This document shows positions 17,338 to 22,120 of a stretch of 22,120 bases of DNA, one piece after another (within the stretch, counting starts at the first letter, position 1; every line of letters begins with the position of its first letter). The position numbers were made by a program, and so were the translations under genes. Origin of the DNA: Oculatellaceae cyanobacterium bins.114 (GTDB lineage Bacteria; Cyanobacteriota; Cyanobacteriia; Elainellales; Elainellaceae); NCBI GenBank assembly GCA_033764315.1, contig JANRJA010000069.1:1-22120 (forward strand), written 5' to 3'. The notes below the pieces were generated by a model. It was not told the DNA's origin. It saw only the letters and a list, made by a program, of their open reading frames with translations, and ran no database searches.

Positions 17338-17522
17338 TTTTCTTTTTTCTCTCTTCTTCTTTTTTCCTTGCTAAACCGTAGCCAATTGATCTTTTTGACC
17401 TCTATCCAGGGTCGGAGCATAAAGAAAACCTTTTAGCAGGTTGTCCTTTAGAAAAAGTTGTCTACGCTTGAGGGGATGAATGCAATTCCCCAGCGTTATC
17501 CAGAAGCAGGCAAAAAGGGTTT

Positions 17523-18956
17523 ATGGCACAAAGTTTTGGTCTAATCGGTTTGGCGGTCATGGGCGAGAACCTCGCACTCAACGTTGAGCGCAATGGATTC
17601 CCAATCGCTGTTTACAATCGCACCTCTACGGTGACAGAAAAATTCCTGGCAACTCGCGCCCAAGAAAAGAATGTTAAAGGAACGTTCTCGTTAGAAGAAT
17701 TTGTACAATCCCTCGATCGCCCCCGCAAAATTCTCATCATGGTCAAGGCTGGTGGTCCTGTAGATGCAGTGATTGACCAATTAAAGCCCTTGCTCGACAA
17801 GGACGACATGATTATTGATGGTGGCAACTCCCTTTACGAAGACACGGAACGTCGTGTTAAAGACCTAGAATCTACTGGGTTGAGCTTTATTGGCATGGGT
17901 GTCAGTGGTGGCGAAGAGGGTGCATTAAATGGCCCTAGCCTCATGCCCGGTGGTACAGAAGCGGCATATCGTGAGATTGAGCCAATTGTCACTAAGATTG
18001 CGGCTCAAGTAGAAGATGGCCCCTGTGTCACCTACATTGGGCCTGGTGGTTCTGGGCACTATGTCAAGATGGTGCACAACGGCATTGAGTATGGCGACAT
18101 GCAGTTGATTGCAGAAGCCTATGACCTACTGAAGAATGTGGGTGGACTGAATCACACGCAACTCCATGAAGTGTTTGCTGAGTGGAATACAACTGATGAA
18201 CTTGATTCCTTCTTGATTGAAATCACCGCTGATATTTTCCGCAAGATCGACCCTGACACCAATCAACCCCTGGTTGAGCTGATTCTTGACTCAGCAGGGC
18301 AAAAGGGCACCGGACGGTGGACGGTAATGAGCGCACTGGAGTTGGGTGTTAGCATCCCAACGATCATTGCCGCTGTGAACGCTCGCATCATCTCGTCCTA
18401 CAAACAAGAGCGGCTAGCGGCGTCTGAGCAATTAAGCGGCCCCAGCACTAGCCCCTATGGCGATACAAAGGCCTTTGTTAACATGGTGCGGGATGCTCTC
18501 TATTGCTCCAAAATCTGCTCCTATGCTCAGGGCATGGCACTTTTGAGCAAAGCGTCTCAAGAGTTTAATTACAACCTCAACTTGAGTGAAATGGCACGGA
18601 TTTGGAAGGGGGGTTGCATTATTCGGGCACGTTTCCTGAACAAGATTCAGCAGGCGTTCATTCACGATCCTCATCTTCCAAATCTGCTGTTGGCTCCTGA
18701 GTTTAAGCAGACTATTTTAGATCGTCAGACATCCTGGCGTGAAACGTTGGCGATCGCCGCTAAATCGGGTATTCCCGTACCGGCCTTTAGTGCATCGCTC
18801 GACTACTTCGACAGCTATCGTCGTGCTTCTTTGCCTCAAAACCTGACTCAGGCTCAGCGTGACTACTTCGGTGCTCACACCTATGAGCGCACTGATAAAT
18901 CAGGGACGTTCCATACAGAGTGGACGACCGAAGACAAAGTGCCCGCTGGAGTTTAG
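17523..18956 (+). CDS. gndA: NADP-dependent 6-phosphogluconate dehydrogenase, decarboxylating
   Basis: GLIGLAVMGENLALN, YNRT, IDGGN, GVSGGEEGA, VKMVHNGIEYGDMQ, QKGTGRWT, WKGGCIIR and QAQRDYFGAHTY motifs. Confidence 0.99.
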   Translation: MAQSFGLIGLAVMGENLALNVERNGFPIAVYNRTSTVTEKFLATRAQEKNVKGTFSLEEFVQSLDRPRKILIMVKAGGPVDAVIDQLKPLLDKDDMIIDGGNSLYEDTERRVKDLESTGLSFIGMGVSGGEEGALNGPSLMPGGTEAAYREIEPIVTKIAAQVEDGPCVTYIGPGGSGHYVKMVHNGIEYGDMQLIAEAYDLLKNVGGLNHTQLHEVFAEWNTTDELDSFLIEITADIFRKIDPDTNQPLVELILDSAGQKGTGRWTVMSALELGVSIPTIIAAVNARIISSYKQERLAASEQLSGPSTSPYGDTKAFVNMVRDALYCSKICSYAQGMALLSKASQEFNYNLNLSEMARIWKGGCIIRARFLNKIQQAFIHDPHLPNLLLAPEFKQTILDRQTSWRETLAIAAKSGIPVPAFSASLDYFDSYRRASLPQNLTQAQRDYFGAHTYERTDKSGTFHTEWTTEDKVPAGV

Positions 18957-18964
18957 CCCTCATC

Positions 18965-19002
18965 TGCTGGGATGCGCTGCGTAGCCGTGGCGTATCCTAG
19001 CA
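18965..19002 (+). terminator. Long stem-loop directly 3' of gndA (terminator or mRNA-stabilising hairpin)
   Basis: tgctgggatgcgctgcg-TAGC-cgtggcgtatcctagca forms a 17-bp stem with 4 G:U pairs. No U-tract follows. Confidence 0.65.
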
Positions 19003-19088
19003 TCAAGAATCATTAAGTAAATTCATGAGTTCATAAGGGCGATCGCTCTTTTTTCCCTAAACTCTTCGATCGTCCACGTGTTTTTTCG

Positions 19089-19094
19089 TATAAT
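19089..19094 (+). promoter_or_regulatory. Candidate sigma70-type -10 element for the histidine kinase gene
   Basis: Perfect TATAAT about 140 bp upstream of ATG 19235. No clear -35 element. Confidence 0.4.
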
Positions 19095-19234
19095 GCTACA
19101 TCCACGCTTGGCTGAGTTAAGGGTTCTCCACGAATCAGAGAGAGAGGGGACAGTGCTACCGTTCAATGCATAGATCCAGTGCAATAGATTCTATGATGTT
19201 CAACAAAACGGTAGAAACTTAGGAACGTGAAACG

Positions 19235-22120
19235 ATGCCTAGTGCCCCCTTACCTGAAAATGAACTCGCTAGGCTGAAGGCACTTCAACAATGCAGAATT
19301 TTAGACACGGCCTCAGAGTTGGCCTTTGACGATATTGCTCGACTAGCGGCTTATGTGTGTCAGACTCCAATCGCCCTGATTAGCCTTGTTGATGCTGAGC
19401 GGCAGTGGTTTAAAGCCAGAGTTGGACTAGCGATCGCCGAGACAGACCGCAGTTTGGCTTTTTGTTCCTATACCATTCTGCAAACAGATGTTCTGGTCAT
19501 TCCAGATGCTCTAGCCGATCCTCGGTTTGCAGATAATCCGCTCGTGCTTTCAGAACCCTATATTCGGTTTTATGCCGGAGTTCCGCTTATGACAGCGGAT
19601 GGGTTTCCCTTGGGGTCGCTGTGTGTCATCGACTATATTCCTCGTAGCCTCAGCTCAGAGCAACTTTATGCCTTAAAAACCCTGGCACAGCAGGTCATGA
19701 AGCAGCTTGAGTTGCGACGATATTCGGCTCAATTAGAACGAGACTCGGTGAGCCGCTCCTATCCATTGACTAAAAATGGGCAGTTACAACGAGTCAGGGT
19801 AGGTTTTGGGCTCGCTCTCAGTTTGTTTTTGGGGTTAGGGATATCGATTTATCAACAGGTTACTCAGCTATCTCATACCACAGAGTCAATCATCAACACC
19901 CACGCGACGCTGATCCATCTCGAACATATTGCCCTTGATGTGCAAGCTATTGAACTCAGTCAGCGACGATTTGTCTCATTGGGTGAGGAACAAGATTTAC
20001 AGTCTTATTACACCTCGATCGCCCATCTTCATCAGGAATTGCAGCTTTTAAAGGGAGTGTCGCAATACAATTTTGAACAACGGCAATGGATTGACCCCAT
20101 CCAGTCAGTCTTAAACCGTTTGCTGATTAAATTAGAAGCAGCGATCGTTTGGCGTCAACAGCATTCTACCGAACCGAAATTCGTACCACTGGCTACTAGC
20201 ACTTTTCAAGAATTTGAGCAGACGATTCGCGATCGAATCGAACAGATTGAAGCAACCTATCCCATCGAACCATATTCAGGGCAAGTACACGTAACTAACC
20301 AACCTGCCGTGATTAAGCTCGCTACTTTATTGGTCTTCAGTTTTGTTGCTCTCGGTGTGATCTTCTATCTCACGCTGCAATCACTCAAGCAACGACAGCG
20401 GGTTGAGGCGAAATTAGAAGATGAGCGTGATTTTACGACTGCCGTCTTAGACACGGTGGGGGCTATGGTGGTTGTGCTCAATCCACAAGGACGCATTGTA
20501 CGGTTTAACCGTAATTGTGAACGAGTCACAGGATATTTATTTGAAGAGGTTCGAGATCAGTTCTTCTGGGATATTTTTTTGTTACCCGAAGAAATAGAAC
20601 CCGTTAAGAAAGTTTTTGAGCATCTGGCGATTAAGCATATTGCTAACACCTACGAAAATTATTGGGTGACGCGCAGTGGCGATCGCCGCTTGATTGCCTG
20701 GTCTAACACCGCCTTGTTGGGTCGCAGTGGCAAGCTGGAGTATGTCATTGGCACAGGCATTGACATCACAGAACAAAGACGTGCTGAGGAAGAAACCCAG
20801 CGTCAAAATCAGCGATCCCAACTGTTGGCGGCCATGACCTTTCGCATTCGCCAATCCCTCGATCTTCAAGAGATTTTGAAGACTACGGTGGCAGAGGTGC
20901 GTGAGTTTTTGAAAGCTGATCGAGTCTTGATTTATCGCTTTAACTCGGACTGGAGCGGCACGATCGCGGTAGAAGCTGTTGACTCTCAGTGGATTGGCTC
21001 ACTCAACACCAAAGTTGAGGATACCTGCTTTCAAGAGGGGGGGTGGCAAGCGTATCAACAAGGGCGCATTAGTGCGATCGCCGATTTAGATGAATCTGAC
21101 CTGACATCCTGCCACAAAGCCCTGTTAAAACACTTTCAAGTGCGGGCAAACTTAGTTGTTCCTATTCTAGAAAACCAGCAGTTGTGGGGCTTGTTGATTG
21201 CTCATCAATGTTCGGGTCCGCGACACTGGCAACTCTTTGAGACAGATTCTCTCGTGCAACTCGCTAATCAGGTGGGCATTGCGATCGCCCAAGCACGACT
21301 CTTAGAACAAGAAACTCAGCAACGAGAAGCACTAGCAGTTCAAAATTTTGCTCTCGAACGGGCTAAAGAAGTGGCAGAACAGGCGGCTCAAATGAAAAGC
21401 ACATTTTTGGCCACGATGAGCCACGAAATCCGTACTCCATTAAATGCTGTTTTGGGGATGACTGGGTTGTTGCTTGACACAAGCCTCAGTTTTCAACAAC
21501 GAGATTTTGCTGAAACGATCCGGTTGAGTGGCGATACTCTTTTAACTCTGATTAATGAAATTCTCGATTTCTCGAAATTAGAAGCCGGGGAGATGGAGTT
21601 AGAGATTCTCGATTTTGATCTCAGGAGTTGCATTGAAGAAATTGTTGATATGTTGGCTATTCCAGCCCAGGCAAAAGGTCTGGAAATCGCTATCCTGATT
21701 GCTCAAGATGTTCCCAATTATTTGAGAGGAGATGTCGCTCGGCTACGCCAGATTTTGACGAATCTAGTGGGTAATGCCGTCAAATTTACAGCCCAGGGTG
21801 AAGTGGTCATTACAGTGACGCTAGAGACTGAAACGTCAGACACAGCCACTATCTTCTTTGCGGTTAGTGATACTGGGGTGGGAATTTCACCCAGCGGACA
21901 GAAAAAACTTTTTAAACCCTTTTCTCAAGTAGACGCTTCAACCACTCGCAAATATGGTGGCACTGGTTTAGGGTTAGCCATTTGCAGACAATTGGTTGAT
22001 TTGATGGCAGGTTCAATTGGGGTTGAGAGCACTGAAGGTAAAGGCTCTCGCTTTTGGTTTAACCTCTGTTTTGAGAAACAATCTCGAAGTGCGATCGCGG
22101 CTGAACCGTTGACAGCGGAC
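19235..22120 (+). CDS. Multi-sensor histidine kinase (GAF-TM-CHASE3-TM-PAS-DXCF cyanobacteriochrome GAF-HisKA-HATPase), truncated by the window end
   Basis: Translated by hand from ATG 19235: [17 protein letters not shown]...[13 protein letters not shown]...RFYAGVPL (GAF); [25 protein letters not shown]3-like [54 protein letters not shown]...[17 protein letters not shown]...EDTCF...CH...[11 protein letters not shown]-box [30 protein letters not shown] and [10 protein letters not shown]. It is absent from the ORF track because there is no stop in the window. Confidence 0.96.
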   Translation, partial: MPSAPLPENELARLKALQQCRILDTASELAFDDIARLAAYVCQTPIALISLVDAERQWFKARVGLAIAETDRSLAFCSYTILQTDVLVIPDALADPRFADNPLVLSEPYIRFYAGVPLMTADGFPLGSLCVIDYIPRSLSSEQLYALKTLAQQVMKQLELRRYSAQLERDSVSRSYPLTKNGQLQRVRVGFGLALSLFLGLGISIYQQVTQLSHTTESIINTHATLIHLEHIALDVQAIELSQRRFVSLGEEQDLQSYYTSIAHLHQELQLLKGVSQYNFEQRQWIDPIQSVLNRLLIKLEAAIVWRQQHSTEPKFVPLATSTFQEFEQTIRDRIEQIEATYPIEPYSGQVHVTNQPAVIKLATLLVFSFVALGVIFYLTLQSLKQRQRVEAKLEDERDFTTAVLDTVGAMVVVLNPQGRIVRFNRNCERVTGYLFEEVRDQFFWDIFLLPEEIEPVKKVFEHLAIKHIANTYENYWVTRSGDRRLIAWSNTALLGRSGKLEYVIGTGIDITEQRRAEEETQRQNQRSQLLAAMTFRIRQSLDLQEILKTTVAEVREFLKADRVLIYRFNSDWSGTIAVEAVDSQWIGSLNTKVEDTCFQEGGWQAYQQGRISAIADLDESDLTSCHKALLKHFQVRANLVVPILENQQLWGLLIAHQCSGPRHWQLFETDSLVQLANQVGIAIAQARLLEQETQQREALAVQNFALERAKEVAEQAAQMKSTFLATMSHEIRTPLNAVLGMTGLLLDTSLSFQQRDFAETIRLSGDTLLTLINEILDFSKLEAGEMELEILDFDLRSCIEEIVDMLAIPAQAKGLEIAILIAQDVPNYLRGDVARLRQILTNLVGNAVKFTAQGEVVITVTLETETSDTATIFFAVSDTGVGISPSGQKKLFKPFSQVDASTTRKYGGTGLGLAICRQLVDLMAGSIGVESTEGKGSRFWFNLCFEKQSRSAIAAEPLTAD

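Larger units (their letters stand above)
1374..22098. repeat. Dispersed HIP1 octamer GCGATCGC (cyanobacterial signature)
   Basis: Examples at 1374, 2119, 3422, 4141, 8701, 16071 and 22091. Roughly 40 copies by eye, against fewer than 1 expected by chance. Confidence 0.95.

Noticed and set aside
19088..19099. NtcA site (gta...tac)
   Set aside because: The spacer is 6 nt, not the required GTA-N8-TAC.
1537..20869. Numerous 60-136 aa ORFs antisense to or nested in the called genes (e.g. 3005-3337, 5447-5857, 8986-9375, 13129-13428, 20582-20869) and 2075-2317
   Set aside because: These are shadow or incidental frames without motifs or credible ribosome-binding sites.

Overview
This is a cyanobacterial chromosomal window. 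The HIP1 octamer GCGATCGC is abundant (roughly 40 copies by eye), and heptamer-type intergenic repeats and a cyanobacteriochrome are present. From left to right it holds: an AT-rich intergenic region with a 4x15-bp tandem repeat and a nested REP-like palindrome; an alpha/beta-hydrolase-fold gene (-); a hypothetical gene (+); a run of nine minus-strand genes (HEAT-repeat protein, DacB/PBP4, small hypothetical, DsbD_2/TauE-like + MsrQ-like membrane fusion, GH3 acyl-acid amido synthetase, cysteate synthase-like PLP enzyme, hypothetical, CPA2 cation/H+ antiporter with USP-like tail, papain/C39-like Cys-His-Asp protein); two small + strand genes; a ~175-nt rod-shaped ncRNA that is most likely 6S RNA; a small membrane protein (-); a SAM methyltransferase (+); gndA (+); and a large multi-sensor histidine kinase (GAF-TM-CHASE3-TM-PAS-DXCF cyanobacteriochrome GAF-HisKA-HATPase) that runs off the right edge and is missing from the ORF track. 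The best candidate for an undescribed system is the adjacent cysteate synthase + GH3 amide ligase pair, which could make an N-acyl-cysteate or other sulfonate conjugate. That function is inference and has not been demonstrated. No transposase, integrase, CRISPR array, tRNA or rRNA was seen.
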